NCBI GenBank assembly: GCA_036867785.1
Contig: CP145409.1
Span: 992,001 to 1,056,000 of the forward strand
Source of the DNA: Plasmodiophora brassicae
Lineage: Eukaryota
Direction: 5' to 3'
Length of the DNA: 64,000 nt
In this document: in pieces, positions 35,365 to 47,069 of the stretch
Layout of the letters: each line of letters opens with the position of its first letter
Numbering within the stretch: position 1 is the stretch's first letter
Notes under the pieces: generated by a model
The model's database searches: none
The model's input: the letters and a program-made list of their open reading frames with translations, nothing else
What the model was told of the DNA's origin: nothing
Translations under genes and position numbers: made by a program

Positions 35365-36283
35365 TCAGGCCCTCATTTCGCAGATGCGCTTTAGTGCAGA
35401 GACGGAATCCTGATCGGCGACCATCATCATCCGGTCGTTGGAGTCGTTTCCCATTGCGACACCGTCTCGCCAGAAGCGAGACCTGGAGGGCATCGCGGAC
35501 CGAGCCGATGCATGAACAGCGCGAACGCCGGTCGCGTCCAGCAGCCCGCCAATATTCTCGACAGTGATGCCCGCGCCTGCCATGACGCAGAACCCGTCGG
35601 GGGCAGATCTGACCAGCGATGATATCAGCGCTTCGCCCTGGATCGCTGATTGCGATCGTCCAGACGTCAGCAACCGGACGACCCCGACTCTATGCAAAGC
35701 GACGATATCTCCGATAGGGTCGCCTGGTGCAGAACGATTCACGAATGTCGACCAGTTCGAATGGATCGCCGTACCTGACGACACGTCGAAAGCGCGGTGG
35801 AACGTGACCTCAATAGGCTTCGCTGCCTGACAAAATCGACGAACAGCATCAACGTCGATGCGGCCGTCGACAAGCAGGGCGCCGACAACAACCCCAGCAG
35901 CACCAGCCCGCTTACACTCGTGGATATCGTCAATGATGACGGTAATCTCTACGAGGCCATCGTCAAGCAATCGTCAACATTGCGTTCGAGCTGCGGACGT
36001 GCCCTCCTCTGTAAAGACAAAATCGCAAGGTCGCGGTCGAATCAGGACATGAACGGGGGCGCCGAGCGCGACCACGCGACGGACCATCCCGATGCTGGGC
36101 GTCAACCCGCCCTGGCGCACACGCACACCGGTGGGTCCCCCGCCGCGCGCACGACACGTTCGCCCCGACGGACCTCCCTACCTGCGCCAGCGCGCTGCAC
36201 AGCTCGAGCCGGGTCGCTCCGCCCGCCACTGCCGCATGACTCGACGCCAAACTGTCGACGCAGATTTCCAGGTCCACCCCCAT
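35365..36283 (-). CDS. CUTC: Copper homeostasis protein CutC
   Basis: LEICVDSLASSHAAVAGGATRLELCSAL, GVVVGAL, VTFHRAFD, RLLTSG, VMAGAGITVEN, VHASA. Confidence 0.93.
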
Positions 36284-36426
36284 CGCGCCCAAAACGCCCA
36301 GCTGCTGATAGTGACGGCGGCATGGCCCAAACAACCCGAGTCACTTCTCGTAAAACGGCATCGGTACCGAAAGGCGAAATGTGCGGCGTGCAGTCGCGGC
36401 GCGCGGGAACGGTCACCGTCGACAAA

Positions 36427-37901
36427 ATGGCGACGGTCGCGTTGCGGCTGTGCGCTTGCGGGTCAGGTCTGTCCATGATGCCGGTCGTCATGCGGTTCCA
36501 TCGGCGGGTTGCCGACCTGGGCGCAGCCGTCGACCGGGCAGCGTTCGCCGTCTCGTTCTTCCCGTTGCGGACGATGCACGACGCGGCCTGCATGCTGGCG
36601 GCGCTGATGGCGCAGACCGTCGACGGCGTCGTCGATGTTGAGGTTGGGCAGATGGCAGCCAGGTCACAGAATACATTTGTGAAGTCGGTGTGCGCCGTAT
36701 CTCTGCCCCTCTTCGTTTCGGACGGTTTAATCGTGAAGTTCGCAGAGAGATCAAACCGTGGGGTGATGTGCAAATCATTCATGAAACGGCAGCGGCTGGG
36801 ATATACTCGCTGAACATCGACCCTGGACAGTCGATCCCCATGCATGTGCACGAACGGTTAGATGAGGTCGAGATGGCGTCCAGTCCCAACCTTCAGTGTC
36901 AAGGCCAACCGTTTCCTTTCGGTACGCGATGCCTCCGCAACAGTCTTTGTCGCGGTACGTACACGTATAACCAATTCACGGAACAGGTGCTATACGTAGA
37001 TGGCCATGCCAGGAGCCACACTGTCACGTGAACACCGATCAGTCTCGTAGAGGACATATTCTGTGCATTGACAGGCCCAGTTTTATCGCCGGCGATGAAA
37101 TTCCTGTGACAGGTTCGCCCGTTCGTCACGTATTCGGTTCGAGACTGATGTGATCCCAGTTGACCAGGGCCGCGAGCTTCACAACCATAACCTGGGCATC
37201 TGCCATTCGCCATGGACGGAGCAACCCGTTTTCACCTTTGACGGGGGATACAACGGTTACCCGCCTTGTAGGTTGGGTAGAGGATCCTTGACATTGACTG
37301 TCTTGATGTAGGACAGACAGTGAGATTTGTGGTTGACAACGCTGTGAACCAAAGAGCAGACGCTGTTCTGGTTGCCGTTTTGTCAGCCGATCATGCAAGG
37401 ATCGTGATCTGCCGTCATCACAGGTTTGTCTCAACGTGCCCGGTGATTAGTCGTTGTTCTGATGCGGGTACACAGTCGCGGCTGGGAGTTGCCTGGTGGC
37501 AAAGTAGAACCGGATGAGGCTATCGAGGCGGCCGCTCGTCGAGAGGTCGAAGAAGAAACTGGATACATACTGCGGGACCCGGTTTTCCCTGTTGGGTATT
37601 ATGAGATCCGAGAAGAGTGGTTGGATTCCCAATTCTGTGCCTAGTTTCGTTAGACGGATTCTGACACGTGCCAATCAGCTCAGCGGACATTCACACGAAA
37701 CAAGTCTTCCTGGCATACTCGAAAACCCGCAAAGCTAATTGGAACCGTGACGAAATGCCTCAAGTGAAGCCTGTACGAGTATCAGATCTAGTGGATATTG
37801 TCGACCAAGGGGGCGAACAAATCAGCCCACTCATGAAGGACAACGTGATTCGCGTTCTGGTGTCCCTGATCCGGGGTCAGCCAAGGCTGCAAGAAAGATA
37901 A
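36427..37901 (+). CDS. Cupin + Nudix hydrolase fusion protein (multi-exon; start uncertain)
   Basis: Cupin: KPWGDVQIIHETAAAGIYSLNIDPGQSIPMHVHERLDEVE...RWPCQEPHCHVN...ILCIDRPSFIAGDEI; Nudix box: RGWELPGGKVEPDEAIEAAARREVEEETG; linked by GT-AG introns. Confidence 0.7.
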
Positions 37902-37940
37902 CAACAAGTCTTTTCATTGTCTCCTAGTATACGGAATCGT

Positions 37941-38849
37941 TCAGACGTTAGCAGCCGATTCTCCACGGCGAACAGCGTCGGCGACTTTAGTTTCCGCCGT
38001 CCCAGCCGCGTATCGATGATACATTGCAATCAGCTTATCGTCATCTGCAATCGTTGCCTTAACGCTTGGCCGATGACGAATCGCATTAAACCATCGAAGG
38101 TACTTGGCGAAAGGACCATCGGCAGGAACCTGCGCCCAGGTTCAGTTCCTATTCTCGCACGGCGCCGTAGAACGCTACCTCGAAGCCTCGGAAATGCTTA
38201 AGAAGGAACATGCGAAGAGCCCATGGCGCCAGAAGAATGTCGACACCGCTGAATCGTTCTCCCTGGAAAAAGGGCCCATCTTCAGGTAGACCTTTGCTGA
38301 AAGTCAGCAGGCCTTCGAGCAGTTCGTCTTTAGCGGTTTCCTGTTGTGCGCGTTAGGTATTGCAGCAGGTGTTCCAGTCAGCCGAGACCTGCTCAGCGGG
38401 GTCCTGGCGGACAAGCATCTTGTAGAACGTTGGAACGATCTTCTTGGCGATATTCAACGATGCCAGGCGACAGCGGGCGCGCTCGCGCGGATCCAACGGC
38501 ATGAACGACGTGCGATTACCCGGCCAAGCTTCATCGACGTAGTCGACAATCACCATGCTCTCAGGGCATACAAATGGCGGCTGGTCCTGTAATCATCCAC
38601 GTTCACGTCCTTGCAGCAGACCAACAACTGCGGGCAGTCCAGTACGGGATCATAACGATGAATGAGGACAGGAACCAGGCCGGATGGATTGTACTGCAGC
38701 AGGTCCGGGTTCTTCTTATACCCGTCGCCGACAACCTCCAACGACTCCACGGCCTGGTACCCGATTCCCTTTTCTTCCAGCGCGATTCTCGCGCGCTGAG
38801 CGAACGGACAGAACCACGCGGTCAACAGCGTCACGCTCGCCAACTCCAT
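37941..38849 (-). CDS. Glutathione S-transferase, Cys-type (omega/lambda-like)
   Basis: AWFCPFAQRARIALEEKGI, YNPSGLVPVLIH, VDYVDEAWP...PLDPRERARCR. Confidence 0.9.
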
Positions 38850-38942
38850 TGGCACTGGCGCAGTGTCCCGCAATGCAGAAACAGAATGCACCCAGCCGGA
38901 CATACGACTGTGTACGTAGTACGGATCGTTAATCGGCGTTGT

Positions 38943-41697
38943 TTAGTTTCTGATGCGCCTCTTTATCTCGTAGACGACAGTCTGGATTGGAACAAGTTCC
39001 TCTAAAATCGGGTTCGACGATTTGATCTGGGAGCGGATGACTTCATCGAATTTCTGGTAGTGCGTCAGCAGTTGCGTGAGAACGCCCTTGAGGACGATAT
39101 CCTCCCAGCGCTTATCCGCCCCGCCGCCGCTGAATTGACCATTGCATATATCGGCAGAAACACTTTCGATGCCTTGGAAAACGGCTTAGTGCGTGCGGAA
39201 ACCCATTGCGATACGAGGTACCTTGTCTCCAGCGCGAGGCAAACCCTCTGACAACAGCACTCGCAGCGGTCGCGTCAGCGGCCTCACTCTTAACCTAAAC
39301 GCAAGGGTTAGGTTCATTCGCCGTGACAGAGACGTACCACTAACGTATGTCATCATCTTGCGGAAGTCGTCAACCAACGACAGTGCAGTATCTGCATAAG
39401 CAGCGACATGCTGCACACTGAGTTGGTCGAAGGCAGCGAACTCATCTGATCCCGGGTACGGCTGGAGGGCAAGGGTTATGTACTCGAGCTGATTGATCAG
39501 AAAGACGAGACGCGACGACCTACGAACGAAGAGCATTAGAGCAGCACACGGGTCAGCTGCGGTTCGTGGTACCCGGCTGGCAATGAGGTGGATATCTGGT
39601 TGAGGGCAGAGATGAAATCGTTGCGTAACCGCGATAAAGACGTGCGAAGGAATTCCTCTCTGTTACGCTGCTTAGAGTCGACTCTGCCAGGACGCACACC
39701 GGGAACGTACTGTGTTAATGGAGGCGCGTTAAGGGCAACAAGGGAGTGACATAATGCGGCAAAGCGCCGCGTCAGATTGCACACTGCATTAGCACTTACT
39801 TCAACCGATGTCGGTTTCAGAGACGCAATGCTTGCCAAGTGCATGTCGAACACCGTCTGCGCTGATATCAGCCACCGCAACAAGCACCGCGAGGTCCACA
39901 CAGCACCTTGAACCTAGGCCAAATCAACCGGGCGAAACGATCGAACATTGAGTCAAGGCAGTGCACAGACTACGCAGATCAGTTAGGGAAATTATACGAA
40001 CGATTCCGAAACGCATCGCCCGAACCGCGTTGTTCCGTTTCTTGTTCAACGTATTGCGTTGCACTTCGCAAACGCGAACCTGCGAATGATTTAGCAGGAT
40101 ACGATGCTTTGTCGATTCTTTCTGACCGCCAGGATTATCCCAATGATATCGTACGACGTCGCAAGATACTGTTCAAGGTTCGATGTGAACAACCCTGACG
40201 CGCCGTTCAGATTCGTCGCAAACACTTAACGCACGTAAAATCAACCAATCGTTTTCTCGAAGGCGACAGTGAACAAGTTGCGGTTGTTGAAGAACTCGTG
40301 CAAATAGACGAACTCAGACGCCGCTGTGTTAACCAGCAGGTGAAGAAGGCAGTTCCAGATATCCTCATATCCGATAGGACGGCCCCCGCCTTGTTTGCCA
40401 TGACGCAGTAATGGTGACCCGGACGTCTCGCTCAGCACCTACGAAACGTAAGACGTACAGCGTTGCACGACAATAACGTGTGAAACCAACCAAGTTCCGA
40501 TCGCCAAGCGTGTGCACATTCACCACGTGCTGCTCAGTCTTCTTTGACGCGAACAATCCTCCTGATCGCGAAATTTCGGTGCACAGCAGGTCAGTCTTGT
40601 CAGCAACAGTCAGAGGCTCTAGCTGGAAAGAGTTCAAAAGCCAGCACACCACACGGATGATTGCAAATGTACCTTCTTGGCGCGAAGTTTGTTGTTGATG
40701 TCGGATATATACCCTTGGAAGAAATTTGATAGCAGGGCGGACATCGTTGCCGTATAGAACGTCCGTATCTCTTCCGCAACGGTTTGGTCGTGTTCCGACA
40801 GAAATTCGTTGAAATACTTGTACCGAAGCAGCATGCTCTGCTTGTTCTGGATATTCGTCTTGGAGTCCTGCAGCGATTTGATCTTGTCGATGAGAAACTG
40901 CCGTACCCGGGATATAGCTTGCTTTCGTAAGGTCTCGATTTGCTGGGACGTTGCAGCCAAAGACTGTGCAGCAGTGCCTTGCATTTTAGGCGGGGGATTC
41001 CGCACGTACTCGATCTTTGCGTTCAGTTGAACCAGGTGATTGACGTATCTCTCGTCAATCGGGCCTTCTACAATAGCCCTGACATCGTTGTTATCATGCG
41101 AAGTGCATTGCAAGAGGGACGGTTTCAATACTTGACCAGGGTAGGACTAACAACGACGGCCTGAATATACTGCGACAGCTTCTTCTCGGCCTCTCGTCGA
41201 TTCTTCAATTTCACATTCATTGACAGGCTCTGAAGAGCAATGTTACGTTCGCCGTCAGACAAGTTAACGGTCACATACCTTTGTTTGAAGAGTCTTGATG
41301 TCGGCACTGATGCCACCCAAACTTTCTTGGAAACCTTTTAGCCTTGGGCATTCCAGTTATCAGCATCGAATCGTTCAACGTCCAGGTACATGGGACCGTA
41401 CATGGTTTCCATACTGCCCAGAATCGCATCGCACGTCTGAATTTCGAAGAACAAATCGGCGACACAATCGCTGTTCTGAATGACTACATCGAACAATCAA
41501 CACGACAAACGAGTGTCAGGCATTCGGCACTGACACTGCTGAATGGCGTCGTCCTCCGCCTCCCGAAGCTGGGCCTCGATTGCGTTCGAGTACGCACGCA
41601 AATCGACGCCCTCATCGAGCGCTTTCCGAACGTGTTCATCCTCCTGCAACTTGTTTAGATCGTCTTCGACCCCAGTGAGGTCAATCTCGGACGCCAT
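38943..41697 (-). CDS. VPS52: GARP complex subunit VPS52 (many exons)
   Basis: VRKALDEGVDLRAYSNAIEAQLRE, GFQESLGGISADIKTL, VKLKNRR, RVRQFLIDKI, NTAASEFVYLHEFF, VLTQLLTHYQKF, VVYEIKR end. Confidence 0.92.
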
Positions 41698-41835
41698 CGT
41701 CACGAGTATGATTTTTCCGACGTTCCGCTTTTCTTCTTCAGAGTCCAGCCAAAAAAACGCCGTGATTCGGAACTCTGGAACGTGGCCCGGGCCGGGAGCT
41801 GCAAATGGGCGTTCCGCTGGGGCTGTCGCCAGAGC

Positions 41836-42431
41836 CACTCTATAATCCCAAACACAAGGGTCAGGTTCATTCGCCGTGACAGAGACGTACCACTAACGCA
41901 TGTCATCATCTTGCGGAATCGTCAACCAACGATCCTGGTCGAAGGCAGCGAACTCACCTGATCCCGGGTACGGCTGGAGCGCAACCAAGCCACTGATGCA
42001 CAGCAAGTATTGAGGCGATCGACGTGGGTATTAACTGGCGGATCCGTGATAGATGGGAGCTTTGGCGTTTCTTAAAGAAACAACACCTAACGACCCGCGT
42101 GTGCATGCACACGTCTTCTTCCGGGACAGCGGAAGAACGTCCTCTGGCGGAGACCTCCATCGTACCTCGACGTTCTTGCGCGGGCCCGATAGAAGATGTG
42201 CGCATGCACACAGGGTCGTTAGGTGATGTTTCTTGGAACTGATGCCACCCAAACTTTCTTGGAAACCTTTAACCTCGGGCATCCCAGTTGTGAGCATTGA
42301 ATTGTTCAACGTCTATGATGGAATACGTTAGTGCATCGAAGACTTTTGCAACCATCGACTTCGAGGGCCAGTCAGCTTGCCATCATATCAGGCCCGAATT
42401 CGCCGAGACTAACGTATTCATCATCTTGCGG
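41836..42431. repeat. Patchwork of diverged VPS52 fragments plus an inverted repeat, upstream of VPS52
   Basis: 41836-41932 resembles 39285-39380; 41936-41979 resembles 39424-39467; 42238-42313 resembles 41306-41382; 42398-42431 is another deleted copy of ~39316-39363; imperfect IR spans 42075-42234. Confidence 0.9.
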
Positions 42432-42760
42432 GGCTGGAAGCTTCGGGCACAGTTCAGCTCAAATGTGATGTTGGCGTCAACTGTTGCCAGCTCCCAGTCC
42501 TCCTAGTCATGGGGTACGACGCGCAAATTGTCAGTGAACCGCAGAGTCCACGTCAAATGGTTGAGGAGTGTCAGTATCCCCGTTACCACCAGGCAGCCAG
42601 GACAGTTCCCGTCCAGCCGTGGACAAACGGATCATCCGGGCTACCAATACTTAGACACCTCCAAGGGATGGAGAATCGCGCAGAACCGACCCTAGCGCTA
42701 ACTTAGTCTGCTGTATTGAGGCCGAATCAAAGACGGAGGGCAACGGTCCGGTGAGTGAAT

Positions 42761-43342
42761 TTAGTGGAGGTTCACAGGGCGGTTCGCCTTGAACGTCGTC
42801 TTGTACGATTTGTGGCTGGGGCGCGGCAGGCAGTTGGACGGCAGCGGGAACTTAATCTTGCTGTCGTGGAACTGCTGCGTGTTCGGGCGCTTGCAGGCGC
42901 TAGCGGGGATCGCCTCCGTGCGCATGATCTGGATACACGACTTCCGCGCGCGGTGACGACCTGCCATCTCGGTGTACATCTGCTCAATGGCGCCCGTCAG
43001 GTGCGTGTCACGGTACTCCTTGTACATGTTGTGCGTGCCGGAACGCGAGTCGTAGCGCAGCCAAACGCCCCAGTTCTTGACCGTGTTCGGGTTCTTCTCA
43101 AAGATCTCGTGAACGGCAACGATCTCACCGTTCGCCTTCTTCACACGCTTCAACTTCGACAGGAAGTACTACGTCCAACATTAGACTACTGCGCATGGTA
43201 ACACCGAGCTGATTACGCATACCCAGAAACGGGAGCGCGCCTTCGGTGCGTCCGTGGCGAACAGACGCATCTTGTAGACGGTCGGGGCGGGGTCGCGCGC
43301 GGTTGGCGTCTTGCGCCCAACGACAAGGTACTCGTGCAACAT
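42761..43342 (-). CDS. RPL18A: 60S ribosomal protein L18a (eL20), one intron
   Basis: [21 protein letters not shown]...[45 protein letters not shown]. Confidence 0.98.
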
Positions 43343-43501
43343 CTTCGACAGCGAAGTCCTGTGGTTGCGTCTGCCGGCCACGGCGTCCGCACGGACTTCT
43401 ACCCTACCCAATATTAGCGCGCGCTGCATATAGAGTGTGGCCAATGGCCAACGCTACGAACTGATGTTCACTGTCGGGAGGCCTCGCCGTTCATAGCGCC
43501 C

Positions 43502-43969
43502 ATGTCGGATGTGACGGTCGAGGATGTGCGCATGCTGACAACCTTCCCAGGTAGGTCGTTGGCCACCCGTTGGACGCAATCGCAATGAGCTGCGCAATGC
43601 ACAGAGATGTGGACCCATATCATTGCCTGGACTGTGTCAACGGTCGCCGCTATCTACTGGTGCGCTGGCGTCTTAGGTTCGTACAATGCGGTGTGTAATT
43701 CGATGCACCGTTCTAACGCCGCACAAGCGTGTCGCGTCCTAGCCCGGCCCAGGACACTTTATATATGGGTCCCAATCCTGTCCGCAACTCTCGGAGCAAC
43801 GCTCGCGTTCCTAACCGCCTCACTCACCACTGTCATGATGGTCGCAGTCTATGTCTCCATCCCATACAGCATCGGTGTGGACATCGCCGGCGGTCTAGGC
43901 GTCGGCCAGGCCGTCATCATCTGCTACTTCCACCTTGGACGATTCTCAGGCGACGACTCTATGAAATAA
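43502..43969 (+). CDS. Small three-TM protein, TMEM170-like
   Basis: LTTFP|EMWTHIIAW..., three hydrophobic helices, GLGVGQAV; resembles the TMEM170 EMW...GxGQ pattern. Confidence 0.6.
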
Positions 43970-44092
43970 ACACAACATGTGCGATTGCACGGTACGTAGG
44001 AAAGATCAAACGACAACGACGACATGGACTCCAGGTGGTCTATCCGCGGTTCCGCGTTGGGCGGCGACGGGTGGGTTATTTCGGTTGTGGCA

Positions 44093-45965
44093 ATGCGACA
44101 CGGCGTCGTGCTGGTCGTCGTCGCATTTGCCATCTCCATTGGGTCGTTGCAGGTCGCTTCGCAACCGCTCCTCGTTGTTATCGGGGATGTCGGGGCGCAT
44201 CACGCTCGAATCCTGTACGATGCCCTGGACCGGTAGGTGGTGCTGTACCGTGCGTCCGGTGTCACGCTGACCCGGCGGTAGGTCGGTCGTTGGCGAGTAT
44301 GCTGTGGCGGTTGCTCGTGCCGAGGGCCAGGTTGTGGTCAAAGACACGTTGGTGATCGAGAACGCCGCACGAGTGTGGATTCTTACGGGCCTTGACGAGG
44401 GTGAGACGCGAATCCATGCTGGCTTGGCATCATGTGCGCTCAACGGTGCTGTCCAGGCACAACGTACGAGATTGAGCTGGTGATGTCCGGGCGTAAGCCA
44501 ACAACAGGGCGGTTTGCCACTTTACCGCCCCTAGGCACGCCTTTCACGATACTTGCCGTGTCTTGCAACAACATCGACGCTGACAAAGACTCGTCGTTTA
44601 TCGAGCAGCTTATGGGAAGAGGCGACGTCGCCAATCGCCTTGGCACGATACATATGGGTACTCGGTGGTCATGCTGTCCCCGGTTAAACGAGGCTGATCT
44701 GGCTGTACATAGGTGATCAAATCTATGCCGATCATATTTTCAAGTCGTGGAAGGCTGGTGGGCGAGTTGGCGGCTATGCAGAACTGCTAGAAAAGTTCAG
44801 GGAGACGTACCGTAGAACGTGGTTAGTGGAATCGTGCTCCCCGTTCTGCTGTACCGAACATATGGCGCAGGTCGTATCCTTCCATGCGACGTCTGCTTAG
44901 CCAGGCGGCGAACTGGATGGTGATGGACGATCACGACATTATGTATGCTGCATCTTCAGCATGTGGCATGGGTGCTCAATGGCAATGGTATGTAGAAACA
45001 ATGTCGACGCCGATCATTTCCGCCAGGGGCGGAACCTCTTGCTTCGCGCTGGACGTCAAGCTCTTCTAGAGTATCAAATTCAACTGCGAACCGATGTGAT
45101 GGACATGACTTCGGATGGGTTTCTGTCTCCCTTGGATGCCCATTATGAGCGGCAAATCGGCCCGATTGGCTTCGTGTTTATCGACACGCGCCTACATCGC
45201 ACCTTCCATTACGAACCAGATCACCCGTTTCTGGGCGAACGACAGCTTCGCCAAGTCTCAGCAAATATCGAAAGATTCGCGTCTGATCCGTCAGTCCAGC
45301 GGGTCGTCATTGTGACCAGCGTCCCGCTGATGTTTGCGCCTTCTGCACGACTCGCGTATCTTGCAGACCTAGTGGAAGGCGATAAGCTTGCGTCGCATCG
45401 ACTGCATCGCCGAGAGTCTGGGGCTCTGCTGGACCTGGCTGGCCGCTTCTCAAACCAGACTACCCTTCTTGCTGGAGACGTCCATATGTACCTGAAGTCG
45501 CAGATCTGTCCGACCGGCCAGCCACAATCGAGCTCCTGTTTCGAGCAGGTTGTCACCAGCGGGCTGACTGTTGCCAGTACGAAATTCGTTATGGGAAAAT
45601 ACGGCCTCACATGACTCGTCTGCGATCGCATAGGTACTGCGTCTAATCAAGTCAAGGTCTTGTTCTTCCATTTCTTATGCGTATTTCTGGGCGCTCGCGA
45701 CCTGGGCGGTTGGTCTTACGCTCCGGTTGAGGTCAACGTTGGCCACAACGCTGTCCTTATTTCTTCAAACGGCGATGCTCCATTCTCGGTCTCACCGATA
45801 TTCCATATGGCGCCGAGCCGGTGGGCTGCGAACGCGCAAGCCGTTTTCAACTGGGGATTCGCTGTCAGCGTTTGGGCTATCCCTGCATTCATTGTCACTG
45901 GCACAGTCCTAACCGGTACAACGTATTCCATGTGCTGCCAGCGGAGCAGGCGTGTGCCGAATTAG
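44093..45965 (+). CDS. PhoD-like metallophosphatase with signal peptide and C-terminal TM
   Basis: ILAVSCN, HMG|DQIYAD, FRETYRRTW, WMVMDDHDI, FIDTRLHR, LGERQL, LLAGDVH. Confidence 0.85.
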
Positions 45966-46206
45966 ACATTGTATATACAGGCTGCTCACTTAGGAGTGAA
46001 TGTGTGTCTTCTGGTGGCGAGCCAAGCTATCTGATCGCGAGTAGTCATTCATTGTCACTGGCACAGTCCTAACCGGTACAACGTATTCCATGTGCTGCCA
46101 GCGAAGCAGGCGTGTGCCGAATTAGACATTGTATATACAGGCTGCTCACTTAGGAGTGAATGTGTGTCTTCTGGTGGCGAGCCAAGCTATCTGATCGCGA
46201 GTAGTC
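45886..46206. repeat. 160-bp tandem duplication, one mismatch
   Basis: 45886-46045 repeated at 46046-46205 (gcggagc vs gcgaagc); covers the stop codons of both convergent genes. Confidence 0.97.
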
Positions 46207-46921
46207 CTTGTGGCACGTTGGGCACTGAAACGGCCGAATTCCGCTGTGGGATCTGTTGGCCAACGTGTCATGCGGGACATCCCAGGTGCGAATCCGCCCC
46301 CTGTTGTACCTTTGGTGTCGGTCGAGGTGGGCACGACGAATGAAGTCCTTCCCGCACGCATCACAATGAAACGGGCGCCGACGCTCTTCCACAGCATGAA
46401 TCCTGGCGACGGCGACGTCTCAGTAAACCCACAAGCCCGATACGTGGTGCCAATGTATGCACCGACCGAACGTGACGCAGCAGGTGCGTCTTTCTCGTGA
46501 AATTCGCGGGACAATGCGAGCAGCGGATGACGGGCGTGGAGGTCGAGAACAGCGGCTGTGGACGGACAACGCCACCAGGAAATATGGCATGCGCTTCGCT
46601 CGCAGCCGGTCCACAGCCTTCTGTCTGCACCAGCCACGGCAGATGAACCTCGGGGAGTGGAGCAATCATTGGGACGCCCTCCCCGCCGCTGATCATTTCA
46701 CGTGCTTGGCCGGGATAACCCTCGATGGTGCGCTCGGCGGCCGATGCTAACATCGGGGGAGACGGGGCAGGAAACGGTGGCAGCTGACCACCTGTCTCCA
46801 CTTTCGCCCTGTCATGTGCCAGCTCCGACGGCAGGCTTCGCATAAAGGCGCCGAGCAGAGGCCAGGAGCATTCAGCAGACCCCCACGTCGCCAGCTCGGC
46901 ATCCAGAGCAGGTGCGTCCAT
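46150..46921 (-). CDS. C2H2 zinc-finger transcription factor (3 fingers)
   Basis: CSHCPANFTRKTHLLRHVRSVH, RPFHCDACGKDFIRRAHLDRH, HSGIRPFQCPTCHKDYSRSDSLARHQKTH. Confidence 0.92.
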
Positions 46922-47069
46922 GCGAATAGGACGAACGAATGTCTCGATTATCACCGTTAATAACTGGGTACGCAGAGAAGATCAGTATTGACGTGCGGAT
47001 CATTAACGCTACCCATCATTGCCTATCGAAATCGTTTGTTCATTAAACGGGTCCCATTGCCGGCACACG

